A stretch of 64,000 nucleotides of DNA, taken from positions 3,355 to 67,354 of the forward strand of contig CABXJR010000003.1 of assembly GCA_902512655.1 (NCBI GenBank). Direction: 5' to 3'. This document shows positions 18,968 through 28,645 of the stretch, in pieces; positions within the stretch are counted from its first letter, which is position 1, and each line of letters opens with the position of its first letter. The notes under the pieces are model-generated. The model had not been told where the DNA came from. It saw only the letters and a program-made list of their open reading frames with translations, and made no database searches. The position numbers were made by a program, and so were the translations under genes. Origin of the DNA: an uncultured SAR86 cluster bacterium (GTDB lineage: Bacteria > Pseudomonadota > Gammaproteobacteria > Magnimaribacterales > D2472).

Positions 18968-19705
18968 TTAGTCCTCTACAACAAAGTCCTCAGGAAATTC
19001 AGCATTTGTATGAACCTCCTGAACATCATCAAGATCATCCATAAAATTCATTATTTTTAAAACTTTCTCTGATGCTTCCTGATCTAGTTGAACTAAAGTA
19101 TCTGCTCTCATAGTATTTTCAGCTAATAATATTTCAATATTATTTTTCTTAAATGCCTCTCCAACAGCAGAAAGATTTGCAGGTATCGTAATAATTTCAA
19201 AATAATCTTCAGTAACAGTGAAATCTTCTGCGCCAGCATCTAATGCAATTTCCATAATTTTATCCTCATCATGAGAAAGACTTACGTGCATAACTCCTAG
19301 CTTATTAAAAAGGTAAGCAACTGATCCATCAGTTCCCATATTGCCTCCAAATTTAGAAAAAGCATGGCGAACATCAGCAACTGTTCTATTTCTATTATCT
19401 GTCATCGTCTCTACAAGAATAGCAACGCCATTAGGACCATAGCCCTCAAAAATTAATTCCTCAATAACACCCGTTTCACCTGTTCCAGAACCCTTTTGGA
19501 TTGCGCGCTTGATAGTATCTTTAGGCATATTTGCAGCGTTCGCTTTATCAAGGGCTAATCTAAGCCGAGGATTATCACTAGGATCAGGGCCGCCTTTTGC
19601 TGCAACAGTAATCTCTCTAATCACTTTGGTCCAAACTTTTCCACGAGATGCATCTTGTCTTGCTTTTCTATGCTTAATATTTGCCCATTTGGAATGTCCG
19701 GCCAT
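18968..19705 (-). CDS. yebC: YebC/PmpR family protein
   Basis: 245 aa. MAGHSKWANIKHRK.. is the canonical YebC N-terminus. Lies downstream of aspS. Confidence 0.93.
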   Translation of the reverse strand: MAGHSKWANIKHRKARQDASRGKVWTKVIREITVAAKGGPDPSDNPRLRLALDKANAANMPKDTIKRAIQKGSGTGETGVIEELIFEGYGPNGVAILVETMTDNRNRTVADVRHAFSKFGGNMGTDGSVAYLFNKLGVMHVSLSHDEDKIMEIALDAGAEDFTVTEDYFEIITIPANLSAVGEAFKKNNIEILLAENTMRADTLVQLDQEASEKVLKIMNFMDDLDDVQEVHTNAEFPEDFVVED

Positions 19706-21472
19706 CTACTGATCCGGTTCAAAAGTTGATTTGATATTTAACTCATCTAGCTGATCATCAGAAACTAAACTAGGCGCATCTGTAAGCAAACAAGATGCAC
19801 TTTGTGTTTTAGGGAAAGCAATCACATCACGGATATTGGTTGTATCAGATAACAACATTACAATTCTATCTAATCCAAATGCAATGCCGCCATGAGGCGG
19901 ACATCCAGATGATAAAGCCGACAGAAGGAAACCAAATTTTTCCATAGCTTCATTAGAAGAAATTCCAAGTATTGAAAATATCTCTTGTTGCATTGAGGGA
20001 TCAAAGACTCTCAAAGACCCTCCACCAAGTTCATAACCATTCAAAACAAAGTCATATGCACATGCCAATGAGTTATCTGGATCATTTTTTAATTCATCAA
20101 TTGATACGGCTGGCAAAGTAAATGGATGATGTAATGAAGTAAGGTTGTTTTCTTTATTTCTTTCAAACATTGGAAAATCAATAATCCAACATGGGGCCCA
20201 CGAAGAATCCATTAAATCTAAGTCTTCTCCAAGCTTCTTAATCAATGAGCTCATTGAAAGATTAACAATGTCTTCCTTTCCAGCTCCAAAAAATATAATG
20301 TCATCACTTTTCGCATTTAAGGAAGAAATAATTGAGTCAATGGTCTCTTTCTTAAAAAATTTAAGAATTGGTGATTGGAGTCCATTTTCTTGATCAAGGT
20401 CTATAACTTTAATGTAAGCAAGTCCTTTAGCGCCTAATTTACCAACATAGTCAGTGTACTCGTCAATTTTTTTTCTTGTCATTGATGCAGCTTCAGGAAC
20501 TTTTAAAGCCACAACCCTTGATGCAGGATCATTAGCAGGCGCTGAAAATACTTTAAATTCTTCATCTTTTACAAGTTCAGCAATATCATTAAGTTCTAAC
20601 GGAATTCTTAAATCGGGCTTATCGCATCCAAATTTACTCATAGATTCTTTATATGTAATTCTTAGAACTTCTGTTTTTTTGTAATCTGTAAATTCAGAGA
20701 GCAATGAAACAACTAAGTCTTCTCCAAGCTGAAGTATTTCTTCGGTAGACACAAATGAAGCTTCGATATCAACTTGAGTAAATTCAGGCTGTCTATCTGC
20801 ACGTAAATCTTCATCTCTGAAACACTTAGCTATTTGATAGTATTTATCCAACCCACCGATCATTAGCAATTGCTTAAATAGCTGAGGAGATTGAGGTAAT
20901 GCAAAAAACTCACCAGGGTGAACTCTACTTGGCACTAAATAATCTCTCGCTCCCTCAGGAGTTGCTCTAGTTAGGATAGGCGTCTCAATTTCATGAAAAT
21001 TACGATCTTCTAAAATCGATCTTATTTTTGAAGTTATTTGCGACCTCTTGACTAGCCTTTGATTAACTTCGGGACGTCTTAAGTCTATAAATCTGTGTTT
21101 AAGTCTTACATCTTCATTCACGTCTTGATAGTCATCAAGGGGAAATTGAGGTGTGATAGCTGAACTAAAAACCTTTAAATTGTTAGCTTCAATCTCAACC
21201 TCTCCTGTAGCCATTTTAGGATTGATAGCGCCTTCAATTCTTTTTCTTACCAGCCCATGAATATTTACAACATATTCACTTCGGCAGGAATCAGCAGCAT
21301 CAAATATTTCCTTTGACTCAGGATTAAAAACAACTTGAACTATTCCATGCAAATCGCGAATATCTAAAAAAATTACGCCGCCATGATCTCTTCTTTTGTG
21401 AACCCATCCAGAAATCTCAATATTGCTACCTATGTCTGAACTATTAATATCTCCGCAATAATGTGACCGCAT
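19706..21472 (-). CDS. aspS: Aspartate--tRNA ligase
   Basis: 588 aa. Class II motifs [16 protein letters not shown] and GGIAFGLDR. Confidence 0.95.
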   Translation of the reverse strand: MRSHYCGDINSSDIGSNIEISGWVHKRRDHGGVIFLDIRDLHGIVQVVFNPESKEIFDAADSCRSEYVVNIHGLVRKRIEGAINPKMATGEVEIEANNLKVFSSAITPQFPLDDYQDVNEDVRLKHRFIDLRRPEVNQRLVKRSQITSKIRSILEDRNFHEIETPILTRATPEGARDYLVPSRVHPGEFFALPQSPQLFKQLLMIGGLDKYYQIAKCFRDEDLRADRQPEFTQVDIEASFVSTEEILQLGEDLVVSLLSEFTDYKKTEVLRITYKESMSKFGCDKPDLRIPLELNDIAELVKDEEFKVFSAPANDPASRVVALKVPEAASMTRKKIDEYTDYVGKLGAKGLAYIKVIDLDQENGLQSPILKFFKKETIDSIISSLNAKSDDIIFFGAGKEDIVNLSMSSLIKKLGEDLDLMDSSWAPCWIIDFPMFERNKENNLTSLHHPFTLPAVSIDELKNDPDNSLACAYDFVLNGYELGGGSLRVFDPSMQQEIFSILGISSNEAMEKFGFLLSALSSGCPPHGGIAFGLDRIVMLLSDTTNIRDVIAFPKTQSASCLLTDAPSLVSDDQLDELNIKSTFEPDQ

Positions 21473-21487
21473 TTTTATCTCTCTTGT

Positions 21488-21778
21488 TTAAGTTTTTTTA
21501 TCTGAACTTTTGCTTTTAGATTGATCAGTAGTTTTTGTTTTTTCTTTAGGCTGTTTTGATTTTTCATCCTTAGTATCTACTATATTCTTTTTAGAGCCAG
21601 TTTTAAAATCAGTTTCATACCAACCGGCCCCCTTTAACCTAAAAGAAGGAGCAGAAACTAATTTTTTTACCGTTTTTTTGTTACATGCAGGACAGCTTTC
21701 AACAGGATTATCTGAAAGTCTTTGAATTACTTCAAATTGATGCTCACATTTCGAGCATTTATAATCATAAATCGGCAT
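21488..21778 (-). CDS. FmdB-family zinc-ribbon protein with a Lys/Ser-rich tail
   Basis: 96 aa. MPIYDYKCSKCEHQFE...CPACN gives the CxxC...CxxC FmdB signature. Confidence 0.8.
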   Translation of the reverse strand: MPIYDYKCSKCEHQFEVIQRLSDNPVESCPACNKKTVKKLVSAPSFRLKGAGWYETDFKTGSKKNIVDTKDEKSKQPKEKTKTTDQSKSKSSDKKT

Positions 21779-21832
21779 AAGTCTCTAAAAAAATATAGAA
21801 TTATAAACTAAATGAAAATTCAATTATAAAAA

Positions 21833-23113
21833 ATGTTTTGGTCTAAGGTTTTTTTGCCCACTTTAAAAGATACTCCTCAAGATGCAGAGGTTATTAGCCA
21901 TCAACTAATGCTGAGATCTGGAATGATAAGAAGAGTTACATCTGGGATATACACATGGCTTCCTATTGGTTTAAGGGTTTTAAGAAAGGTCGAGAATATT
22001 GTTCGAGAAGAAATGGATGCATCTGGAGCTCAAGAAGTTCTTATGCCAATGGTTCAACCAAAAGAGTTATGGGAAGAAACTCAAAGGTGGGAAAAAATGG
22101 GTCCTGAGCTATTACGAATACAAGATAGGCATGAAAGAGATTTTTGCCTTGGTCCTACGCATGAAGAAGTAATAACAGACTTAATTAGAAACAATATGAA
22201 AAGCTATAAGGAATTGCCTCTAAACCTTTATCAAATCCAAACTAAATTTAGAGATGAAGTAAGGCCAAGATATGGCGTTATGAGAGGAAGAGAGTTTTTG
22301 ATGAAGGACTCCTATAGCTTTAGTCTAAATGAAAAATCATTGAACGAATCATATCTTTTAATGAAAGAGACCTATAAAAAAATTCTAGATAGATTAGGCT
22401 TAAAATTTAAAATCGTGAAAGCAGATTCAGGGGCAATTGGTGGCGATATATCAGAAGAATTTCATGTTTTAGCTGAAAATGGTGAAGATACCATTGCGAT
22501 CAGTGACTCTTCAGATTTTGCTATTAATACTGAGCTTTTATTAGAAGAGGGAGAAGATCTAGAATCTCTTCAAGGAAAACCATCTCCTGATGGAGAAGGC
22601 ACCATTCAAATTAAAAAAGGAATTGAAGTCGGTCATATTTTTCAACTTGGAAAAGTTTACACAGATGCTATGAAAGCTAATGTTCTTGATCATGAGGGTA
22701 AAGCAAAGAACCTTTTCATGGGTTGTTATGGGATAGGAATATCAAGACTTGTGGCTGCTGCAATAGAGCAAAATAATGATGAAAAAGGAATTATATGGCC
22801 AGAATCTATGACTCCATTCGAAGTAAATATTATTACTATAGGTTTTGATAAGGATGAAAAAATAGCAAAAGCTGCAACAGATTTATACAAGGAATTATCA
22901 TCCATGGGATACGAGGTGATGCTTGATGACAGAAAAGATGGTTATGGAACTAAAATGAAAGATGCTGAATTAATTGGTATTCCAATCAATATCATTATTG
23001 GCAAACAATATCTTCAAAATAATGAAATAGAGCTAAAACACAGAGATGGTCAAAGCTCTATTGGAAAAGTTGAGGATATTACAACTATTTTTGAACACTA
23101 CAAAAGTAGCTAA
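21833..23113 (+). CDS. proS: Proline--tRNA ligase, bacterial type, lacking the INS editing domain
   Basis: 426 aa, colinear with E. coli ProRS at both ends ([58 protein letters not shown]). Only ~12 aa lie where E. coli has its INS domain of roughly 165-180 aa. Confidence 0.9.
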   Translation: MFWSKVFLPTLKDTPQDAEVISHQLMLRSGMIRRVTSGIYTWLPIGLRVLRKVENIVREEMDASGAQEVLMPMVQPKELWEETQRWEKMGPELLRIQDRHERDFCLGPTHEEVITDLIRNNMKSYKELPLNLYQIQTKFRDEVRPRYGVMRGREFLMKDSYSFSLNEKSLNESYLLMKETYKKILDRLGLKFKIVKADSGAIGGDISEEFHVLAENGEDTIAISDSSDFAINTELLLEEGEDLESLQGKPSPDGEGTIQIKKGIEVGHIFQLGKVYTDAMKANVLDHEGKAKNLFMGCYGIGISRLVAAAIEQNNDEKGIIWPESMTPFEVNIITIGFDKDEKIAKAATDLYKELSSMGYEVMLDDRKDGYGTKMKDAELIGIPINIIIGKQYLQNNEIELKHRDGQSSIGKVEDITTIFEHYKSS

Positions 23114-24292
23114 TTAGATCCTCTCAATAATTGTTGCATTAGCAGTTCCGCCACCCTCACATATTGCTTGCAAACCATACCTTCCATTTGTTCTTTCAAG
23201 TTCATGCAGCAATGTTGTCATTAATTTAGCTCCAGTTGCTCCTAAGGGATGACCTAGAGCCATTGCTCCACCATTAACATTTAATTTAGCTATGTCGGCT
23301 TGTAACTCAATAGCCCAAGATAGAGGGACAGGAGCAAAAGCTTCATTTACCTCATAAAGATCAATGTCATTAATTTTTAAATTAGTAGCTTTTAAAACTT
23401 TGTGAGAGGCTGGTATTGGTCCACCTAGCATCATTATCGGGTCGTCACCAACAACACTAATCCCAACAATCCTTGCTCTTGGATCAGCTTTTACTTTTTT
23501 AAGCCCCTCATCGTTACATATCATAAGTGCGGCTGCGCCATCTGTAATTTGGCTTGCATTACCAGCGGTTATCACGCCGCCTTCAGTAACTGGGTTCAAA
23601 CCTGATAGAGCTTCAAAACTTGCATCATATCTAATACCCTCATCATTTAGAACCATATCAGTTTTTCCTTCAACATTTTTCGCTTGTACAGGAAGAATCT
23701 CTCTATCAAAATACTTACCTTCAACAGCTGCAGCTGCTTTTTGATGACTGCTTAAAGCAAACTTATCAAGATCTTCCCTGGACAAATTCCATTTTTCTGC
23801 CATCAGCTCTGCGCCAGTAAATTGTGAAAAGAAAATACCCGGATATCTTTCTTTCATACCATCTGAATCAAATGGCAGACCGTGACCTGCCTCATATCCA
23901 TCTTTAATGCTTGCACCAATTGGTACCATAGACATTACCTCCACCCCTCCACCAATTACAACATCTTGAGTTCCAGACATTACAGCTTGAATTGCAAAAT
24001 GAATAGCTTGTTGAGATGAACCACATTGTCGATCCACTGAAGTTCCTGGAACAGATTCTGGTAGGCCTGAAGCAAGAACAGCATTTCTTGCGACATTACC
24101 GGATTGAGCTCCGACTTGGTCAACGCATCCAAATATAACGTCGTCAATTAGCGCTGGATCAATGCCTGACTGATGAACAAGCTCATCCAAGACTTTTGCA
24201 CCAAGATCGGCTGGGTGCCACTGACTTAAACTTCCGTTTTTCTTTCCTCCAGCTGTTCTAACTGCTGAAACTATATACGCATTATTTGACAT
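23114..24292 (-). CDS. Acetyl-CoA C-acyltransferase (thiolase)
   Basis: 392 aa. Active-site Cys in VDRQCGSSQQA, NEAFA, GHPLGATG and CEGGGTANA. Confidence 0.9.
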   Translation of the reverse strand: MSNNAYIVSAVRTAGGKKNGSLSQWHPADLGAKVLDELVHQSGIDPALIDDVIFGCVDQVGAQSGNVARNAVLASGLPESVPGTSVDRQCGSSQQAIHFAIQAVMSGTQDVVIGGGVEVMSMVPIGASIKDGYEAGHGLPFDSDGMKERYPGIFFSQFTGAELMAEKWNLSREDLDKFALSSHQKAAAAVEGKYFDREILPVQAKNVEGKTDMVLNDEGIRYDASFEALSGLNPVTEGGVITAGNASQITDGAAALMICNDEGLKKVKADPRARIVGISVVGDDPIMMLGGPIPASHKVLKATNLKINDIDLYEVNEAFAPVPLSWAIELQADIAKLNVNGGAMALGHPLGATGAKLMTTLLHELERTNGRYGLQAICEGGGTANATIIERI

Positions 24293-24356
24293 GAAACTCT
24301 CCTATATTGAGAGTATCTTAATCAATTTCTACACGTCATAACAAGCTAATGGATAA

Positions 24357-25364
24357 TTATTTCTTAGCTGTTTTATTCACTGATGGAATATAAGCTTTTC
24401 TAATTTCCTTTACTAGACTGTCTCTAATCTTAGTGTTTTCTTTTAAGAATTTACTCGCGTTTACCTTACCTTGACCAATCTTTTCGCCGTTATGGCTGTA
24501 CCAAGACCCAGATTTTTCAACTAATTCAAGCTTTTGACCTAATTCTAATATCTCACCCTCTGTATTAATTCCCTCTCCATACATGATTTGAAACTCAGCC
24601 TGCTTGAAAGGAGGAGAAACTTTATTCTTAACAACTTTTACTCTAGTTTCATTCCCAACAACTTCTTCGCCTTCTTTAACAGCGCCTATACGTCTAATAT
24701 CTAGACGAACCGAAGAGTAAAATTTTAAGGCATTACCCCCGGTAGTTGTCTCAGGGTTACCAAACATAACTCCAATCTTCATTCTGATTTGATTAATAAA
24801 TATAACCATTGCATTGGAGCGCTGTATGTTACCTGTAATTTTTCTTAAAGCTTGTGACATCAAACGAGCCTGAAGACCCATATGATGGTCACCCATATCT
24901 CCTTCAATCTCTGCTCTAGGTGTTAGAGCGGCTACAGAGTCTACTACAATCAAATCTACACTTCCGGATTTAACAAGCATATCTGTTACCTCCAATGCTT
25001 GTTCTCCTGTATCAGGTTGAGAGAGCAACAGTTCATCCACATTCACGCCTAATTTTTCAGCATAATTTGGATCAAGTGCATGTTCAGCATCAATAAATGC
25101 TGCAGTACCGCCAGCTTTTTGACATTCAGCAATAGCTTGGAGTGTTAATGTTGTTTTTCCAGATGATTCCGGTCCAAAGATCTCCACAACCCTTCCCTTG
25201 GGTAGGCCGCCAATACCTAGCGCTATATCTAAGCCAAGTGAACCTGTAGAAACTGATGGCATATCTACAATTTCTCTATCTCCCATTTTCATAACAGTTC
25301 CTTTGCCGAACTGCTTTTCAATTTGGGATAAAGTCTCGTTTAAGTTTTTTTCTTTATCTGACAT
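24357..25364 (-). CDS. recA: Recombinase RecA
   Basis: Walker [10 protein letters not shown] and canonical RecA sequence throughout. The track start at 25370 is TTG; ATG 25364 sits 6 nt after AAGGAG. Confidence 0.96.
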   Translation of the reverse strand: MSDKEKNLNETLSQIEKQFGKGTVMKMGDREIVDMPSVSTGSLGLDIALGIGGLPKGRVVEIFGPESSGKTTLTLQAIAECQKAGGTAAFIDAEHALDPNYAEKLGVNVDELLLSQPDTGEQALEVTDMLVKSGSVDLIVVDSVAALTPRAEIEGDMGDHHMGLQARLMSQALRKITGNIQRSNAMVIFINQIRMKIGVMFGNPETTTGGNALKFYSSVRLDIRRIGAVKEGEEVVGNETRVKVVKNKVSPPFKQAEFQIMYGEGINTEGEILELGQKLELVEKSGSWYSHNGEKIGQGKVNASKFLKENTKIRDSLVKEIRKAYIPSVNKTAKK

Positions 25365-25376
25365 AATCAACTCCTT

Positions 25377-25396
25377 TACTGTATATTTGTACAGTA
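25377..25396. promoter_or_regulatory. LexA (SOS) box upstream of recA
   Basis: TACTGTATATTTGTACAGTA is a perfect CTGT-N8-ACAG palindrome close to the gammaproteobacterial consensus. It abuts the recA SD and a TATAAT on the minus strand (25398-25403). Confidence 0.8.
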
Positions 25397-25514
25397 TATT
25401 ATAAATCTGGAAAAAGTAAATTAAATATTATCAAATTCATGCTGACTTGTTGATTAGTCGTTGTTAAAATCAATTTATATTCAATTGCAATACTTATATC
25501 AATTCCCTTCATAA

Positions 25515-25838
25515 ATGGCATTCATAGTTACTGAATCATGTATAAAATGTAAGCATACAGACTGTGTTGAAGTATGCCCTGTTGATTGTTTCTATGAAGG
25601 TCCAAACTTTCTTGTAATTCACCCAGAAGAATGTATTGACTGCGCCTTGTGTGAGCCAGAATGCCCTGTTGAAGCGATTTTTTCTGAAGATGAACTGCCT
25701 GAGGATCAGATTGACTTTATTGAAATTAACGCTGAACTGAGTGAAGTTTGGCCAAACATTACTGAAGAAAAAGATGAACTTCCTGAAGCCATAGAATTTT
25801 CAGAGATCAAAGAGAAGAAACATCTTCTTGAAAGATAA
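25515..25838 (+). CDS. fdxA: 7Fe ferredoxin FdxA ([3Fe-4S][4Fe-4S])
   Basis: 107 aa. [18 protein letters not shown] and [12 protein letters not shown] cluster motifs. Confidence 0.9.
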   Translation: MAFIVTESCIKCKHTDCVEVCPVDCFYEGPNFLVIHPEECIDCALCEPECPVEAIFSEDELPEDQIDFIEINAELSEVWPNITEEKDELPEAIEFSEIKEKKHLLER

Positions 25839-25853
25839 TGAATATCTAATTGT

Positions 25854-26504
25854 TTAAAAGAGAGAATTCAATTTCTCAGCGTTAATAGGCTTTCCATTTT
25901 TTCTAAGCTGAAATCGTAACATTGGATAAGCTGCTTCCGAATTTCCAAGTTGAGCTATCATTACGCCCTTTCCAACATCATCGCCTTGCTCAACAAAAAT
26001 TTTGTCGCAATGAGCGTAAAGGCTTAAATAACCATTGGGATGAGAAATCATAACCAGGTTTCCATAACCTGGAATATCAGGACCAGAAACTACTACCTTG
26101 CCACTGTGAATAGAGTGAATAGGCAGCCCCCTGGGTTCCTTGAAAATTAGCCACGAATCATCTTTTATGGCTACTTTTGATTTCCCTCCCAAGGGATGAT
26201 GCCATGTAATAGCCTTAGACTCTTTAATGGAATTATTTTTTACAAAATTTCCTGAAAAAGTTAATTTTTGGTTTGGGTAAATAGTATATGGCTTTTTTAA
26301 GTTATTATTTTTAATCAATAGCTCTGAATCTATATTAAAATTTATTGCAATAGACCAAATAGAATCACCTGGCTGAACAATATATGATTCAGTGGAACGA
26401 GAAGGTAAAAAATTTTTGTAGGATTGCTGTAAAGCATCCAAGCTAGAACAGCTTGAAATTATAAAAGTTAAAATCATTAATAACTTTGTATCAAATTTAA
26501 TCAT
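25854..26504 (-). CDS. nlpD: LysM plus M23 peptidase-domain lipoprotein NlpD
   Basis: 216 aa. Lipobox IISSC, LysM (YIVQPGDSIWSIA), and a C-terminal M23/LytM domain (GNLVMISHPNGYLSLYAH). surE-pcm-nlpD synteny. Confidence 0.85.
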   Translation of the reverse strand: MIKFDTKLLMILTFIISSCSSLDALQQSYKNFLPSRSTESYIVQPGDSIWSIAINFNIDSELLIKNNNLKKPYTIYPNQKLTFSGNFVKNNSIKESKAITWHHPLGGKSKVAIKDDSWLIFKEPRGLPIHSIHSGKVVVSGPDIPGYGNLVMISHPNGYLSLYAHCDKIFVEQGDDVGKGVMIAQLGNSEAAYPMLRFQLRKNGKPINAEKLNSLF

Positions 26505-27223
26505 AGTAAAAATACGCCTGATGAAAGTATAAGTCCTGAAAAAATATGCATTAATGTTAACTCATGAGAAGAATATATTGATAAAATGGCTTTAGGTAAA
26601 AGGAAAAGAGAAATTAGACAACCTAATGCAAAAGGTCCCAATAACGCAAAGTCAAAGATTGCAACTGCCTGAATGATTGGAGCATATACTCCTAAAACTA
26701 CTAACATAGCACTTCCAGAAATACCGGGAATTAAGAAAAATGAAAAGGCAAATATTCCACTTACAAATAAATAAGGAATAGATATATTTCCTGAGCCAAT
26801 ATTTAATTCTTGCAATGTGAATCCAATAATAATTCCCAAAGATAAAAATATTACTAATTTCTTATCCTCAATAAGATCTTTTAAAAAATTAATAACATAA
26901 ATAGATAATACAATCATCAATAAGCCCAAGGATGAGAGAAATAATTCCTCATAATTAGTTAATAGGTAGTTAATTCCTTTAGAGCAAAAAATGACAGCAA
27001 TCATCATAGAAAATATCAAAGGTAAGGAAACATTAAATTGAAATGTTTCTGAAAGAGATCGAAAGTTTAATGTTAAGTTTTTCACTCTTAATTTGCTTAA
27101 AATTGTCATTAAGTTTGGATAAATCTTAAAAATTACTGCAACAGTTGCCCCAGAAATACCGGGAATAAGCTCTGCAACTCCCATGCAAAATCCAGCCAAA
27201 GAGTATTTAATTTGATTATTCAT
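26501..27223 (-). CDS. DUF368-family membrane protein (PopT-like candidate undecaprenyl-phosphate translocase)
   Basis: 240 aa polytopic protein. Duplicated IPGISG(A/S) motifs (ELIPGISGATVAV and LIPGISGSAMLV) are typical of DUF368. Confidence 0.65.
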   Translation of the reverse strand: MNNQIKYSLAGFCMGVAELIPGISGATVAVIFKIYPNLMTILSKLRVKNLTLNFRSLSETFQFNVSLPLIFSMMIAVIFCSKGINYLLTNYEELFLSSLGLLMIVLSIYVINFLKDLIEDKKLVIFLSLGIIIGFTLQELNIGSGNISIPYLFVSGIFAFSFFLIPGISGSAMLVVLGVYAPIIQAVAIFDFALLGPFALGCLISLFLLPKAILSIYSSHELTLMHIFSGLILSSGVFLL

Positions 27224-27225
27224 AC

Positions 27226-27861
27226 TTAAACTTCCCCATTAGAAACACCTGGCAGCATTGGTACGAATGCAACCTCTTCATGGATTATTTCTTCATTTTC
27301 AGTTTTACTTTTTTTGGTTACAACATAAAGCTTTTGCTGTCCCTCAAGTCCTACAGGGATAACAAGCTTTCCTCCAACCTTCAAGAGATCAAGCAACTCT
27401 TCTGGATATTGTCTAGGGGCTGCTGCACAAATTATTCCATCAAATTTTAAGTCTTCCTCCCAACCATTAAACCCATCTGCATGCTTAACAATAACATTTC
27501 TAATTTTTAGCTCACTTAAATTTTCACGTGATTTCGCAACCAAAGGTTTAATTCTCTCAACTGCAAAGACATCATTTGCAAAGTGTGACAATACTGCAGA
27601 TTGATACCCACAGCCAGAACCTATTTCGAGGACTTGATTGAGAGCTTTGCCTCTTTTTGAGGTGTGAGAGATCAAATGCTCTGTCATTCGTGCAACAATG
27701 TAGGGCTGAGAAATTGTTTGTCTATACCCAATGGTTAATGCTCTGTTTTCATAAGCTCTACTCCACAAAGCTTGATCTAAGAAAATATGTCTTGGGACTT
27801 GGCTTAAAGCATCAAGAACGCGAAAGTCTTTAATTCCCATATCAAGTAGTTGCTGAATCAT
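27226..27861 (-). CDS. pcm: Protein-L-isoaspartate O-methyltransferase
   Basis: SAM-binding VLEIGSGCGYQSAVL and ISQPYIVA. The track ORF starts at GTG 27948 inside surE. ATG 27861 has an AAGGA SD and aligns with the E. coli Pcm N-terminus. Confidence 0.9.
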   Translation of the reverse strand: MIQQLLDMGIKDFRVLDALSQVPRHIFLDQALWSRAYENRALTIGYRQTISQPYIVARMTEHLISHTSKRGKALNQVLEIGSGCGYQSAVLSHFANDVFAVERIKPLVAKSRENLSELKIRNVIVKHADGFNGWEEDLKFDGIICAAAPRQYPEELLDLLKVGGKLVIPVGLEGQQKLYVVTKKSKTENEEIIHEEVAFVPMLPGVSNGEV

Positions 27862-27895
27862 TTGGTCCTTAACTCTTGTAAATGTAAAGCCAGAA

Positions 27896-28645
27896 CTATT
27901 CACAACCAAAAACCCCCCTATAAAGATCCCAACTAACAAAATCTGCACTTAAATTGTAATCAAGAATTGAAATAGAAATATAATTTTTATCAATTGCTTG
28001 AATATCTGTTCCTAATTGGTCAGGCAAAAGCGAGCCTGAAGGTCCAAAACTATAAAATTTAAAAGAGTCTTTTATTCTGATGAGGTCTGGAGTATCAGGA
28101 ATACCTCTTTTTCCGAGTGTTGTTATTCGTGTCCCTTTAATTTCTGAGGAAGGTAAATCTGGAAAGTTTACATTAACAAGCAAGTTTTTCTTTGATGGAA
28201 GCTTGGAAACTTGGTTGGTAATTAGTAGTGATTGCTCTGCAATAAATGGTAAATTTTTTGGGTTGTAGGCAGCTACAGAGAAAGCAACCGGAACATAGTC
28301 CAATCTTCTGCCTGCAATGGCTGCGCCAACAGTTCCAGAATAGAAAATATCTTCTCCTAAGTTTGCTCCCAAATTAATTCCTGAAACAATCATTTCAATT
28401 GGCTCAGGAATTACTGATAGCAATCCGAGATAAGAGCAATCTGCAGGAGTGCCTGAAACTGAAAAAATATTTGGGTTAATTTCTTCAACTTCTATCTCTT
28501 TTCGAAGACTTATTGCTGCACTCATTCCGCTGCAATTTTCTTTTGGTGCAATTAAAAAAACTTTATGCTCAGAACTTAAAGATTTAAATAATTCAGTTAT
28601 TCCAGATGCTTTATAACCGTCATCATTAGTTAACAAAATATTCAT
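27896..28645 (-). CDS. surE: 5'/3'-nucleotidase SurE
   Basis: 249 aa. Starts MNILLTNDDGY and contains SGINLGAN. Confidence 0.93.
   Translation of the reverse strand: MNILLTNDDGYKASGITELFKSLSSEHKVFLIAPKENCSGMSAAISLRKEIEVEEINPNIFSVSGTPADCSYLGLLSVIPEPIEMIVSGINLGANLGEDIFYSGTVGAAIAGRRLDYVPVAFSVAAYNPKNLPFIAEQSLLITNQVSKLPSKKNLLVNVNFPDLPSSEIKGTRITTLGKRGIPDTPDLIRIKDSFKFYSFGPSGSLLPDQLGTDIQAIDKNYISISILDYNLSADFVSWDLYRGVFGCE

Noticed and set aside
27862-27948. Hydrophobic N-terminal extension of Pcm (MQILLVGIFIGGFLVV..) that would suggest a membrane-anchored isoaspartyl methyltransferase
   Set aside because: The extension starts at GTG inside the surE 3' end. ATG 27861 has a good AAGGA SD and aligns with the E. 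coli Pcm N-terminus. The extension is most likely an ORF-calling artefact.
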